59,365 bases of DNA from a virus. Its lineage: Duplodnaviria; Caudoviricetes. The notes below the pieces were generated by a model that made no database searches, was not told where the DNA came from, and saw only the letters and a list, made by a program, of their open reading frames with translations. Position 1 is the first letter of the stretch. Each line of letters begins with the position of its first letter. The DNA is taken from IMG/VR virus record IMGVR_UViG_3300036778_000019, positions 1 to 59,365 of that record, one strand, 5' to 3'. Made by a program: the position numbers and the translations under genes. Shown one piece after another: positions 28,332-38,050 of the stretch.

Positions 28332-28961
28332 ATGGCGTTCACTACAGTTGACGACTATTTGGAACTTTTAAGTTCTCAACATTGGTCGCAGCCGCTGTAC
28401 GCGGCCTTTCTGACCGTCTTCCTTCAGGGCCAAGTCGATCTGATCAACCTGCTCTCGACTATGCCGGGACTCTTCGACGTGGATCTTGCCGAGGGTGTGC
28501 AACTGGACGCCGTTGGTGTCAGGGTAGGGCAGAGCCGCCAGATTCCCGTACCGCTGACGGGCGTGTACTTCGCTTGGGATACGGACTGGGTGGGATGGGA
28601 TCAGGGCGCGTGGCAGGGGCCGTGGGATCCAGACTTCGGCATGACGCAGTTGTCCGATGAAGCGTTCCGAAATGTCCTTCGCGCCATCATCGCCTCAAAC
28701 CAGTGGGACGGAACCGCGCCGGGAGCTTACGATGTGTGGTCTATCGCTTTCGGAGATGGACAGATTCAGCTTCGCGACAATCAGGACATGTCGATTGACG
28801 TGACATGGGTAGGCCGCGAGCCGGATGCGGTGACGACAGAACTGATATCGAGCGGACGGCTATTACTGAAGCCAGCCGGGGTCACCGTCAACAATCTCTG
28901 GGAGGTCTCACCGAACGGAGATCGCAGACGGATAGAGTACAAAGGGAACTGGCTGAGGTAG
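28332..28961 (+). CDS. DUF2612 baseplate wedge protein
   Basis: FDVDLAEGVQLDAVG.RVG.SR; N.WDGT; DNQDMS; KPAGV. Confidence 0.92.
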   Translation: MAFTTVDDYLELLSSQHWSQPLYAAFLTVFLQGQVDLINLLSTMPGLFDVDLAEGVQLDAVGVRVGQSRQIPVPLTGVYFAWDTDWVGWDQGAWQGPWDPDFGMTQLSDEAFRNVLRAIIASNQWDGTAPGAYDVWSIAFGDGQIQLRDNQDMSIDVTWVGREPDAVTTELISSGRLLLKPAGVTVNNLWEVSPNGDRRRIEYKGNWLR

Positions 28962-28971
28962 GAGACAAGCG

Positions 28972-30018
28972 ATGGCGACGACAGAGTTTCTTCCGGTAGC
29001 AGTGGCCAGCGGAGCCAATGTGGACTCGCAGGGCAGCTTCGCAGGTGCGACCTACCAGCTCGTCGGATTCACCACCGGAACCGCAAGGGCGACGCAGGCT
29101 AATAAGGTGTGGCGGCAAAGCTCGATGATGAGTTCGGCGTGGGCCAACGTAATCGTCAACATCATGGGTCAGAACGTGCTCGACGACGGCAATCTTCCCA
29201 ACCTTGTCAGTCAGTTGACGGCGACGGTTCAGCAGATTGCCAGCGCAGCAATCACGGCGTCGGGGCTGCTGGCGCGGATCATTGCGGCTGAAGCGAATAT
29301 CGTGGCTCTTCAGGCGAGTGTTGCCGGACTCAATCAGACGGTGGGGAATCTCTCCGGACAGGTCTCTTCGCTGGCGGCACGGATGAGCCAAGCCGAAGGT
29401 AATATCGGCAACCTGCAACAGATCGTGACCGGACTCGATTCAAGACTTGGCGCTGTTGAGTCTTTAGCCAACTCGCTTAACTCATCCGTGGGCTGGCTGA
29501 CGGGGCAGGTCAACGGCCTGCTCGGACGCATGGGCAACGCAGAGAACTCTATTGCGTCCATCAGTGGCTCGATCAACGATATCTACAACCGCCTGACGAA
29601 TCTCGACAATGCGATCAACGGGATCAACGGGCAGATTAGCGGCATCAACGGCCAGATCGGCGGTATCAACGCTCACCTCGGCCAACTCGACTCACAGGTA
29701 GCGCAACTGATGCCATCGGGAAGTCTTGGCGGCAACGGCTGGACGCGCCTACCCAATGGCCTGATCATCCAGTGGGCGGTGGGCTTTAACCAGACGACGA
29801 GCGGAACCGTCTTCCAAACCGTCAACTTTCCGCGCTCATTCCCCGCCGCCTGCGTCAACGTACAGGTCTCGACGCTGTGGACGAGCGGGCCGGACAACCA
29901 GATTATGATGTACCAGACGACGGGCTGGAGTACGACAGGAGTCAACCTGCGCAGGGCGCGACGTGGAGATGATGGCGTCAACGGGACGACTCCGTATATC
30001 TTCGCTATCGGCTACTAG
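28972..30018 (+). CDS. Tail fibre with long coiled coil and gp53-like C-terminal domain
   Basis: ANKVWRQSS anchor; heptad repeats; NGWTRLPNGLIIQW...FP.SFP. Confidence 0.88.
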   Translation: MATTEFLPVAVASGANVDSQGSFAGATYQLVGFTTGTARATQANKVWRQSSMMSSAWANVIVNIMGQNVLDDGNLPNLVSQLTATVQQIASAAITASGLLARIIAAEANIVALQASVAGLNQTVGNLSGQVSSLAARMSQAEGNIGNLQQIVTGLDSRLGAVESLANSLNSSVGWLTGQVNGLLGRMGNAENSIASISGSINDIYNRLTNLDNAINGINGQISGINGQIGGINAHLGQLDSQVAQLMPSGSLGGNGWTRLPNGLIIQWAVGFNQTTSGTVFQTVNFPRSFPAACVNVQVSTLWTSGPDNQIMMYQTTGWSTTGVNLRRARRGDDGVNGTTPYIFAIGY

Positions 30019-30027
30019 GGGGAAGTT

Positions 30028-31875
30028 ATGGGAGCAGCGACACCGACACGATTGAAGGTTCTCACGCCGAAGGTACGAACGTCGACGCAGCCGCAACCGG
30101 GAGTGCCGCGAGCCTCCGGCGATATGCCGCAGACGCCGTATCTGAATCTGAATCTCCCGCCGACAGGATTTCCAAGTTGGGGGCCAGATCTGAACCAGAA
30201 CTTCTCCGCGCTGGATGCGGCCGTAGGTGCGTTGCAGCGCAGCTATCAGGGCGATTGGGTCAATAACCGCGTCTACGCTGCCGGGCAAATTGTGATCTTC
30301 AATAACGGCGTTTTCATCTCGCTCTCTTCGGGGAATATCAACCTTCAGCCCGACCTGCATCCGGAGGCGTGGGGGCCGATGGGGTCGGCGGCGAGTATCT
30401 CCTATCCTCCGGCTGGAATTGCGGTTTCGTCGGGATCGGGATGGTCGCCATCGCTTAGCTTGACGACTGCGTTTGTGCCGCAAACTCTGACGCAAAACGT
30501 GACCGTAAATGCAGGAGGATTCACTCTCGCTCTCACTGGAGCTCAACCAACGTTGATTGGAGGGACCAGCAGTGCTGCCGCAGTTTCGATTGCCAGCGGA
30601 GGCGCGATCAGCACTCCTGCCAATATTTCAGCAACTGGAACCAACAGCATCGTTGTCGTAGGCGATCAGAACGCACAATTGGCCGACAGTACGGTCTTAA
30701 TACCGCAGCTTGTACTGAGTGTTGCGGGTACGGCTGGAACAAAATTCGGTGGCCAATTCCGATTTAGCACGTCGAACCCGTCTACCGATGCCACGCTGCA
30801 AACTTTGACCCTGAATCATTACACAGCCGCAACAGCAGATACTAGGCAGGTACTCTCGGCGACACGCCAAGGGGTCACCGTAGGCGGCATCATCGCGGCA
30901 GGTCCATCGCCAGTTCCAATAGTCGTACCCATGAATCAGTCGATCCTTGCGTGGAACGTTACAGGCAATGGCGATACATCTTTCATCAATGGAAGAGGAT
31001 CAGGGTGGGGTGGATTCAATTGGTACGTCGTAGCTCCGAACGCGAATCCCGGCAATCCCCTGATGACGTTGGACTATACGGGAGCCTTAACTGTTCTTCA
31101 CTTCACTCTTCCCTCGGCTACGAACAACCTAGAAATTTCGCAAGACGGTGGATCTACCTTTATCGATGGTGGGGCCGGGGGAAGACTTCTAATCAACACA
31201 CATAGAGATGGAGGAATCCTTGCGGTTCATGGTGCCTTTTCGTGTGATGCTAATGGTGCGTTTGGAGGGAATTGCCAAGCAGGAACCTTCCTATGTCCCG
31301 GCAGCGGTTTTATGACCGGGGGAGGGAATAACCTCATCCTCAATCCGGCGAGTGGCACAACCGGAACGATCATGCTGAACTGGAATAACAGTGCTACGGG
31401 GGGAACATGGTTCGGCAATGGAAGCAGCGTACCCGTAGCCAGCGTTAGCGGCACTGGAGTCATCAGCGGCTCGGCTAAAAACTTTGTTATCCCCCACCCG
31501 CTTGACCCAACCAAGCACCTGACGCACTCTGCGATTGAAGGGCCAGAGCACGGAGTTTACTACCGTGGCGAGGGAGAGACGAGCGGTGGGATCGCCATGA
31601 TTACACTGCCCGATTACTTCGAGGCGCTGGTTAGACCTGAAGGCCGCACCATTCAACTGACCGAACGCTTCGACGATGATCCTGACCCGATGTTCGGTAA
31701 CTTTCTCGCAGCCGGACGAATCAACGATGGAAAGTTCACCGTGAGATCGAGCAGTCCAGCGGTCAAGTTTTATTGGGAAGTGAAGGCGGTTCGCGGCGAC
31801 CTTCAGCGGCTGGATGTCGAGGATGAAGATCATCCGTGGTCACGGAATAAAAAATTAAAGGAGCCTGTCCAATGA
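30028..31875 (+). CDS. Tail fibre/spike with C-terminal intramolecular-chaperone-like domain
   Basis: TPYLNLNLP....WG..LNQNF..LD; Gly/Thr-rich body; KNFVIPHPLDPTKHLTH..IEGPE...FYWEVKAVR. Confidence 0.85.
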   Translation: MGAATPTRLKVLTPKVRTSTQPQPGVPRASGDMPQTPYLNLNLPPTGFPSWGPDLNQNFSALDAAVGALQRSYQGDWVNNRVYAAGQIVIFNNGVFISLSSGNINLQPDLHPEAWGPMGSAASISYPPAGIAVSSGSGWSPSLSLTTAFVPQTLTQNVTVNAGGFTLALTGAQPTLIGGTSSAAAVSIASGGAISTPANISATGTNSIVVVGDQNAQLADSTVLIPQLVLSVAGTAGTKFGGQFRFSTSNPSTDATLQTLTLNHYTAATADTRQVLSATRQGVTVGGIIAAGPSPVPIVVPMNQSILAWNVTGNGDTSFINGRGSGWGGFNWYVVAPNANPGNPLMTLDYTGALTVLHFTLPSATNNLEISQDGGSTFIDGGAGGRLLINTHRDGGILAVHGAFSCDANGAFGGNCQAGTFLCPGSGFMTGGGNNLILNPASGTTGTIMLNWNNSATGGTWFGNGSSVPVASVSGTGVISGSAKNFVIPHPLDPTKHLTHSAIEGPEHGVYYRGEGETSGGIAMITLPDYFEALVRPEGRTIQLTERFDDDPDPMFGNFLAAGRINDGKFTVRSSSPAVKFYWEVKAVRGDLQRLDVEDEDHPWSRNKKLKEPVQ

Positions 31876-32126
31876 AAAGCAATTCCACTCCACCGCCTGT
31901 TCCGAGCCTTAGCGAGATCGAGCGGCTGAAGCTTGAGAACTTCACTCTGCGGCACATCGCCTTTGAGAGCCAGCTACGTCAGAATCAGGTTGACCGCGCC
32001 GTCTTCCTGAAGTCGCTGGAAGAGACCTATCCCGGCTGGAAATGGCAAGATCCAGACGGTCTGGTGGAGAAGGAAGAAACACCGGAATCGCCGGAGCTTT
32101 ATCCGGAGATGACGCCGCACGGCTAG
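31872..32126 (+). CDS. Putative tail-fibre assembly protein
   Basis: Coupled to fibre gene; AAGGAG RBS. Confidence 0.55.
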   Translation: MKSNSTPPPVPSLSEIERLKLENFTLRHIAFESQLRQNQVDRAVFLKSLEETYPGWKWQDPDGLVEKEETPESPELYPEMTPHG

Positions 32127-32233
32127 GTCTGCGAACTGGCCTAAATACTAATAATGTGATAATATGTATGTGGCGCTGAGTCCACGCTCACTGCTCCGTA
32201 TCTCGTGCCTCGGCACGTATCTCAGGAGAACCA

Positions 32234-32491
32234 ATGCCACTATCCATACCAAAATCCCTAGAGCGATTCCGTGACCGCATCACGCGCTACGACGATGAGC
32301 GCAGTTACGGCAATCCCATCTTCGTCTGCTACGCCGCAGGCTGGAAGTCCTACACCGACTTCGTTGGCGTCCAGCACAGCGACGCTGAGCTAAACATCAA
32401 GGACATTACCTACTGCGTGAAGAACGCGATCCGCTGCGATTGCGCCGAGTGTCTTGCGGCCATCAACCAGAAGATCGAGGAGGCGAAGTGA
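32234..32491 (+). CDS. Hypothetical early-region protein
   Basis: AT-rich promoter-like region upstream; AGGAG RBS. Confidence 0.75.
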   Translation: MPLSIPKSLERFRDRITRYDDERSYGNPIFVCYAAGWKSYTDFVGVQHSDAELNIKDITYCVKNAIRCDCAECLAAINQKIEEAK

Positions 32492-32763
32492 GCAACTTTA
32501 TCGAAGAGTCAATCAATGAGACGCGGACCATCATCCGCGATGCAAGCGAGTGGTACGCACAGCGAACTGAGGCTGAGCGCGTAGCTATGGTCGAGGAGTT
32601 TCCTAGCTGCATCCGGCTCGGGCAGGCCGTAGCGTTCAACCTGCTCCCCGGTCTGGCGCGTCTCTGCGTCATCAAGACGTTTCAGCAGCAGGCTGAGCAG
32701 AGCCAGCCACTGAACTATTACTGGTACGCAGCCGCGAACCGCGAAGCGAAGGGGGAGAAGTGA
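32488..32763 (+). CDS. Hypothetical protein
   Basis: GTGA coupling, GGAGG RBS. Confidence 0.65.
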   Translation: MSNFIEESINETRTIIRDASEWYAQRTEAERVAMVEEFPSCIRLGQAVAFNLLPGLARLCVIKTFQQQAEQSQPLNYYWYAAANREAKGEK

Positions 32764-33023
32764 CCGACCCGACCTTCAAGTTCAAGCCACATCTGGAGCA
32801 GAAGCGGAAGCCGATCCTGAGCAAGAACGTTCTCGACGGCTTGAGCAATCTCGCCGCCTCGACAGAGGCGGGAGATGCAGCCGACTTTATGGGCAACGAC
32901 TACGAGGATCTTGATGCAGAAGGAAAAGCGACGTGGAGAAACGTAGTGCAAGCCTGCGAGTGGATCCGCAAGATGCAGCGGTATACCCGCCAGAAGAGGG
33001 AGCGCAATGCTGAACACACCTAA
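32760..33023 (+). CDS. Hypothetical protein
   Basis: GTGA coupling. Confidence 0.7.
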   Translation: MTDPTFKFKPHLEQKRKPILSKNVLDGLSNLAASTEAGDAADFMGNDYEDLDAEGKATWRNVVQACEWIRKMQRYTRQKRERNAEHT

Positions 33024-33178
33024 ACAGAAGCTGATCGAGAAGATCATCAACCACGCCACGCTGGACGCGAGACGCAACGGATACTCCGGCATCGACGGAA
33101 CGCTGCGCCGGAAGCTGAACCGCGAGACGCACAAGAACCTGATCGCAGTATGGGAAAAGATCGAGAAGGAGAAGAACG

Positions 33179-33343
33179 TTGGATAAGAAATACCTCGGCA
33201 AGAATATCGCGCTCCCAACGGAGACGCACAGCGCACTGGTGAAGGTTCAGGAGCAACTGACTGAGCAGTTCGGATTCGAGCCGAGCCTGCCCGAGACCAT
33301 CGCCTACCTGATCAAAAACTACAACACGGATATGAGGAGATAA
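33179..33343 (+). CDS. Small ribbon-helix-helix-like protein (not in ORF track)
   Basis: TTG start, AAGGAG RBS; KNIALPTETHSALVKVQEQLTEQFGFEPSLPETIAYLI. Confidence 0.55.
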   Translation: MDKKYLGKNIALPTETHSALVKVQEQLTEQFGFEPSLPETIAYLIKNYNTDMRR

Positions 33344-33571
33344 ATGGCACAACGTAGACACGTGGTAATTACTGATTTTCTAACCGAGACAGAGATCCAG
33401 AAGGCCACCGAACTTTACAAGAAGCTCAGCGGGACAGGGAAGTACGCCGCCACTGTCGACGCCGAGATCATCGCGCCGAACATCGAGCGGATCAACAGGG
33501 CGCTAGGGCAGGAGAATGATTCTCGCTACCTTGCCTACGCCGTCGAGTTCGTAATGATGGGGCTGAAGTGA
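33344..33571 (+). CDS. Hypothetical protein
   Basis: GAGGAG RBS. Confidence 0.7.
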   Translation: MAQRRHVVITDFLTETEIQKATELYKKLSGTGKYAATVDAEIIAPNIERINRALGQENDSRYLAYAVEFVMMGLK

Positions 33572-33987
33572 TCCGACTCAAACTAGCACCACGCCATCCG
33601 GCACTCGACGACTTCATGGAGCACCTGAACTCGATCACGTGGCCGCATCCGGTACTGAATGGCCGCGTCTACGGTGAGGCGATCATTCAGGCGTATCCGC
33701 TTCAGGAGTTCATCTACCTGCAACTGATCCACGCCGCAGAGAAGGGCAAGGGCCACGGTTCGCTGGCTCTCCGCACCCTCTGCATGTTGGCCGACAAGCA
33801 CCGCGTCGGAATCGTGCTGCTCCCCAAGAAAGTTGGCGACGACGGACTCCGTGCGGCAGAGCTTCGCAGGTGGTATGGGCGGCATGGATTCAAGGCGACA
33901 GGAGACGGCAGGATGCGCAGAGAGCCTAATACCCCGGTCCAACCTGCGGCGATGGCTCCTACCGCCTCTGCGCAGCGAGCAAAATAA
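33568..33987 (+). CDS. GNAT-family acetyltransferase-like protein
   Basis: KGKGHGS.AL..L...AD...L.RWY.RHGF. Confidence 0.75.
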   Translation: MIRLKLAPRHPALDDFMEHLNSITWPHPVLNGRVYGEAIIQAYPLQEFIYLQLIHAAEKGKGHGSLALRTLCMLADKHRVGIVLLPKKVGDDGLRAAELRRWYGRHGFKATGDGRMRREPNTPVQPAAMAPTASAQRAK

Positions 33988-34030
33988 ACTTTAAACTAGC
34001 AACCTAACCCCCACAGGAGAGAAACAAGAC

Positions 34031-34447
34031 ATGGCACGACAGCAGATGATTCTGAAAGATCAACACGAGAAGCTAATAGCCAACGGACGCACCAACCTGC
34101 TTCATCGCATGGAGGATGGCAACACCGAGGACTTCGAGCCAGTGGTGAAGCTCTTCAACCCGATGGGCGCGGCCACTTGGCTGCTGAGCGAACTGGACGA
34201 GGATGAAGATACGGCCTTCGGCCTCTGCGATCTCGGCATGGGTGAGCCGGAGCTTGGCTACGTCTCGCTGACGGAGCTTCGTGAGCTTCGTCTCCCGCTC
34301 GGCCTCTACATCGAGCGCGATATGCACTTCAGCGCCAAAGCCAAGCTCTCCGTCTATGCCGAGGCGGCACGGCGGCTGCGACGCGTCACCGAATCGACGG
34401 TCGATCTCTACATCGAGACGCAGGCTGAGAAAGAGTTCAACAAGTAA
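34031..34447 (+). CDS. DUF2958 family protein
   Basis: PVVKLFNPMGAATWLLSE...FGLCDLG.G.PELGYVSL.EL...IERD. Confidence 0.92.
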   Translation: MARQQMILKDQHEKLIANGRTNLLHRMEDGNTEDFEPVVKLFNPMGAATWLLSELDEDEDTAFGLCDLGMGEPELGYVSLTELRELRLPLGLYIERDMHFSAKAKLSVYAEAARRLRRVTESTVDLYIETQAEKEFNK

Positions 34448-34689
34448 TGAGCTTCGCGGAATGGAAAGCGGCCTATCGCCCTCGTACGGCGAAGCTGCTG
34501 GCCACCAGCGGGCCGGAGTTCGAGTGGGTACTGATCCACGACTTCGTCTACGTCTGGACTCTCATCGAGACCGCAGCGGGCTTGGAACTCATGCCCGGCG
34601 TCAACTTCACCAGCCCGCTTGGGTATCTGGTGGGCGAAGAACCTTGGAACGGCGGCAGGATTCCGGCCAACGTTCCCTATACCGACTAA
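34447..34689 (+). CDS. Hypothetical protein
   Basis: TAATG coupling; VWTL...PG......GY...EPW. Confidence 0.7.
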   Translation: MSFAEWKAAYRPRTAKLLATSGPEFEWVLIHDFVYVWTLIETAAGLELMPGVNFTSPLGYLVGEEPWNGGRIPANVPYTD

Positions 34690-34740
34690 CTGATCGTAAG
34701 ATCCCTAACCGCAGAGAAAGGTCGTGCCGTCTTCATCTTT

Positions 34741-34914
34741 TTGCTCTTCCCCATTATTGCCGTCATGTACTTTGTCCCGGCTGCTGTCGCGCTGCTTCGC
34801 CGCCACAACAACACCACCTCCATCGCCGTCCTCAACCTGCTCACAGGCTGGACGTTCATCGGGTGGGTCGCATCTCTGGTCTGGTCGCTGACCGACAACA
34901 CGAGACAGTTCTAA
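34741..34914 (+). CDS. imm: Superinfection immunity protein (T4 Imm family; not in ORF track; start uncertain)
   Basis: YFVPAAVALLRRHNNTTSIAVLNLLTGWTFIGWVASLVWSLT. Confidence 0.88.
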   Translation: MLFPIIAVMYFVPAAVALLRRHNNTTSIAVLNLLTGWTFIGWVASLVWSLTDNTRQF

Positions 34915-34960
34915 AACCCGTCTCCGTAAATCCGGAGACCGAACTTGAAAGAGAGAAAAG

Positions 34961-35176
34961 ATGAAGTTAGTGAAGATCGTAAGTGTTGCCGCTCTTGCTG
35001 TAGCTGCTCTGGCCGTGGCCGCGAAAGCTGCCTGTCCTGCCTATCCCTCCTGCCCGCTCGACGGAGCGCAACTGATGCGCGTTGGCACCGAGTATCAGGG
35101 CATCACTCAAATTGGTATCTACGAACACACGACGACGACGGGCCAACATCATCGTTATGAGATACGCTGCAACTAA
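34961..35176 (+). CDS. Small secreted Cys-containing protein
   Basis: N-terminal signal peptide ending AKA. Confidence 0.65.
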   Translation: MKLVKIVSVAALAVAALAVAAKAACPAYPSCPLDGAQLMRVGTEYQGITQIGIYEHTTTTGQHHRYEIRCN

Positions 35177-35204
35177 CAGCAGGAGAAGGGAGAGCAAGAG
35201 AGAG

Positions 35205-35459
35205 ATGGCCGAACATCCGATAATGCTCGACGAGACACTGGATCGACTGGAAGAGTCCCTGAAGGCTCTCCACTCGAAGCCGGATAACCGCAGGCGGTGG
35301 ACGCGGCAGGCAATCGAGCGCCTGCGTGTCTCCGAGCTTGCGGCGCAGTATGTGATCGAACAACTGAGCCGCACCGGACTCTCGGCTCAGGAGCAGATCT
35401 GGGACGAGGCAGTGAAGGATGCTGTCTTCGCTTTACGCAAGGCGGGGAAGATCAGGTGA
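35205..35459 (+). CDS. Hypothetical helical protein
   Basis: MAEHPIML...; purine-rich leader. Confidence 0.65.
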   Translation: MAEHPIMLDETLDRLEESLKALHSKPDNRRRWTRQAIERLRVSELAAQYVIEQLSRTGLSAQEQIWDEAVKDAVFALRKAGKIR

Positions 35460-35623
35460 AGCGGACTCCGCTCACCACCGCCGAGCGTGAAGTGTGGGAG
35501 CGAATCGTCCGCGATGGGTGGTCGCAGATGAAGCAGTTGTTCCCCCGGCTGGCTCCTTACGACAGCATCGAGCAGATGAAGCTGATCGAGAAGCTGCGCC
35601 AACGCCCCCGGCGCTAAAATCTC

Positions 35624-35644
35624 ATTTTCCGGTTAACGGAAAAT
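35624..35644. promoter_or_regulatory. 21-bp palindrome, copy 4 (one mismatch)
   Basis: ATTTTCCGGTTAACGGAAAAT. Confidence 0.8.
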
Positions 35645-35768
35645 TTCCTATCAAAACTGATAAATCCAGCCCTGCGCAGCGTATAGCTGACGCAAATAAT
35701 TCCTGTAAACCTGTGATTTATTAGCAGTTTATTAGTAAACTAGACATGTAGGGGAAAGAGGGAAGCGA

Positions 35769-36107
35769 ATGAGAGTTTACGGCAATTTGATGAACCGGAT
35801 TTCAGAGTCAGGCAAGCAGGTAGAGCCGAAGGTTGGCGACGGAGTAACGATCAACATGTACTCGGACCGCCGAGCAGGAACCGTCATCGAGGTCTGCTCA
35901 CCCAAGAAGATCAAGGTGCAGGAGGACAAGGCGACCCGCACTGACTCTAACGGTATGTCTGAGTCGCAGGACTACAGCTACGAGCGCAATCCCGAGGGCT
36001 ATGTCAGCACCTTCACGCAGCGCAAGAATGGCATGTGGATCGAGTCGAAGGGCAGCAACGGTCTGACCATCGGGATTCGCCGCCAGTATCACGATTTCAG
36101 CTTCTAA
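35769..36107 (+). CDS. Hypothetical phage protein (P.VGDG.T...SDR type)
   Basis: GAGG RBS; motif typical of phage early proteins. Confidence 0.8.
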   Translation: MRVYGNLMNRISESGKQVEPKVGDGVTINMYSDRRAGTVIEVCSPKKIKVQEDKATRTDSNGMSESQDYSYERNPEGYVSTFTQRKNGMWIESKGSNGLTIGIRRQYHDFSF

Positions 36108-36151
36108 CTTCACCGCAGACCGGAGCGCAGGCCGGACACAGGAGAGAAACA

Positions 36152-36779
36152 ATGCAGACCAACCTAATCGACAACGCAATCAGCACCTACGTTCCAGCCG
36201 GAGAGGTCTTCGGCATGGAGAACTGGAAGTCCCTCCGCTTTCGTGTGAACCGCCCCAAGAGCTACATCAACGACTACGGCAAGATCCAGATCGTACTCGA
36301 CGCGGAGCGTGATGGCGTCTGGATGGAAGCTCGCTTCAAGGCCGAGCCTGAAGAGATCCACTTTTATGCCTACCCGCTGCGCGAGGAAGCTCCGCAGCCT
36401 AAACCGCAGCCCGCAAAGGAGAAACCGATGGAAACGCTTTTATGTCCTGAAGGTCAACGAACCGATCCACGCCAAGCAGCCTGAAGCGAACTGGCTGGTC
36501 AAGCAGCACCTCGATGAGTACCAGCAGAGCGAGGGTAGCAAGGTGACCTACTTCGTCTTCGAGAACGGAGAGAAGCTTTTCGTGGTGAGCAGCTACGGCG
36601 AGTATGACCGCAGCGAGTACGCCCCCGGGACGCAGATCACGCTGATGGACGACGGCAACCGCACGACCAAGTTTGGCCGCACTTCAGGCAAGCGGTTCCG
36701 CGTCAAGGCTGTCATCACCCCCGCCGAACTCTCCACCGTGGCTCAGAGTGGCCGCTTGAACTTCTACGTCTGCAAATAA
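36152..36779 (+). CDS. Hypothetical protein(s), apparently frameshifted near 36430
   Basis: Frame 1 MQTNLID... then +1 frame KRFYVLK...YVCK with no plausible own start. Confidence 0.55.
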
Positions 36780-36791
36780 CCCTAAGGAGCA

Positions 36792-36965
36792 ATGATGAAG
36801 CTGGTAATCGAGATCGCATTGGGTAACGACGCAATGCAAACGTATGCAGAGGTGCGACAGGCAATCCTTGATATACGCACTCCCCGCCATAATCCAGAGA
36901 AGGGCGACAGCGGCCTGCTGCGCGACGTCAACGGCAATACAGTTGGACTATGGAGGGTAAAGTAA
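36792..36965 (+). CDS. Small phage protein (RD.NGNTVG type; not in ORF track)
   Basis: TAAGGAG RBS. Confidence 0.7.
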   Translation: MMKLVIEIALGNDAMQTYAEVRQAILDIRTPRHNPEKGDSGLLRDVNGNTVGLWRVK

Positions 36966-36971
36966 ACAGTT

Positions 36972-37169
36972 ATGAAGATTATGACGAAGGATGAAGCAAT
37001 TACGGCAGCGATACAAAACCTGTCTCAGAGTGGAGTTACACAGTGCGTATTGAGGCGTGGAGATAGTTATGGAGTTTTCCCGATAGACCAGCCGACACCG
37101 AAGGGTTGGAAGGTGGCTGAGATGATTTCGCAGGGTAACGTACACGCCTATAGGCCGGGGGTGAAGTAA
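36972..37169 (+). CDS. Hypothetical protein
   Basis: Operon position. Confidence 0.6.
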   Translation: MKIMTKDEAITAAIQNLSQSGVTQCVLRRGDSYGVFPIDQPTPKGWKVAEMISQGNVHAYRPGVK

Positions 37170-37378
37170 TGGCGTATATGTCCTGCATGGGTCCATGCGG
37201 TGCCTGCGGTGCGGTATTCTCATTCAACCCTGATCGGGTTCCTTCTTTCCGCTTTCGGACGGAGAAGGAGCCGATCTGCTTCAACTGTATGTCGGCCATC
37301 AATGCCAAGCGCCGCGAGGCTGGTCTCGATCCGTTCCCGGTTCTGGCCGGAGCCTACGGCGCAGAGGAGGTGCTGTAA
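37169..37378 (+). CDS. Small zinc-ribbon protein
   Basis: CGAC...FSFNP.RVPS...EPIC.NC. Confidence 0.7.
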   Translation: MAYMSCMGPCGACGAVFSFNPDRVPSFRFRTEKEPICFNCMSAINAKRREAGLDPFPVLAGAYGAEEVL

Positions 37379-37695
37379 TGGCAGTCGCAGCCCAGAACGT
37401 CATCGATGCCCTCAAGGGGAGTCACTACATTGCCCGCGTCCACCGGATGCAGCACGGCCAACCGTGTCTCTCCATCGCCCTTCCCCGCTCAACCGATATG
37501 CTCGATCTGGCCGCAAAGCTGATCGACGGAGGTCTGTATACGGACTATCTGGCCGAGCTTGGCCTGACCATGCTCATCGACCGGACTGGTCTCTACATCA
37601 TCCTTTACTGGCCGCAACTGCTGCTCGAACCGGAGCAGGTGCAGGCTCTCGCCGGACGCATTGAAGAGAACAATGATTTCGCCCACTACGTTTGA
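37378..37695 (+). CDS. Hypothetical protein
   Basis: TAATG coupling, GGAGG RBS. Confidence 0.7.
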   Translation: MAVAAQNVIDALKGSHYIARVHRMQHGQPCLSIALPRSTDMLDLAAKLIDGGLYTDYLAELGLTMLIDRTGLYIILYWPQLLLEPEQVQALAGRIEENNDFAHYV

Positions 37696-37747
37696 TTATT
37701 AGTAAGCTACTCGCAAGGTGCTCGCAGGCACTAAACAGGAGAGAAGA

Positions 37748-38050
37748 ATGAGAGATTACATCGAGATCGGGCCAACTCCGGCTGAGGAGTCATGCCAGCA
37801 GGTTGGCACGCCATCGTACGATCCGCAGGCGGCTAGGGCCGAGTGCAAGCGGTTCATGGAGGCTATCCGCAAGGTCGTTGGGCCGGAGCCGGAGGGCGCA
37901 GTGCTCCGCATCAAGGGCAACCCCCACGACTTCGGAACTTACTACAGCGTGGCCTGCTATTTCGAGGGCGACGATGAGGAAGCGACCCGCTACGCCTACC
38001 GCTGTGAGTCAGACGCCCCCTCGACGTGGGCAGAAGCGGAGGGCGTATGA
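37748..38050 (+). CDS. Hypothetical phage protein (P.EE.C.QVG...HDFGTYY type)
   Basis: AGGAG RBS; motif. Confidence 0.8.
   Translation: MRDYIEIGPTPAEESCQQVGTPSYDPQAARAECKRFMEAIRKVVGPEPEGAVLRIKGNPHDFGTYYSVACYFEGDDEEATRYAYRCESDAPSTWAEAEGV

Noticed and set aside
28972-31875. Diversity-generating retroelement or invertible fibre shufflon
   Set aside because: No reverse transcriptase, no adenine-variant TR/VR pair and no inverted fibre cassettes; the serine recombinase is far away.
11794-31875. Numerous long minus-strand and off-frame ORFs across the structural module
   Set aside because: Expected shadow ORFs in GC-rich coding DNA; no motifs, RBS or independent support.
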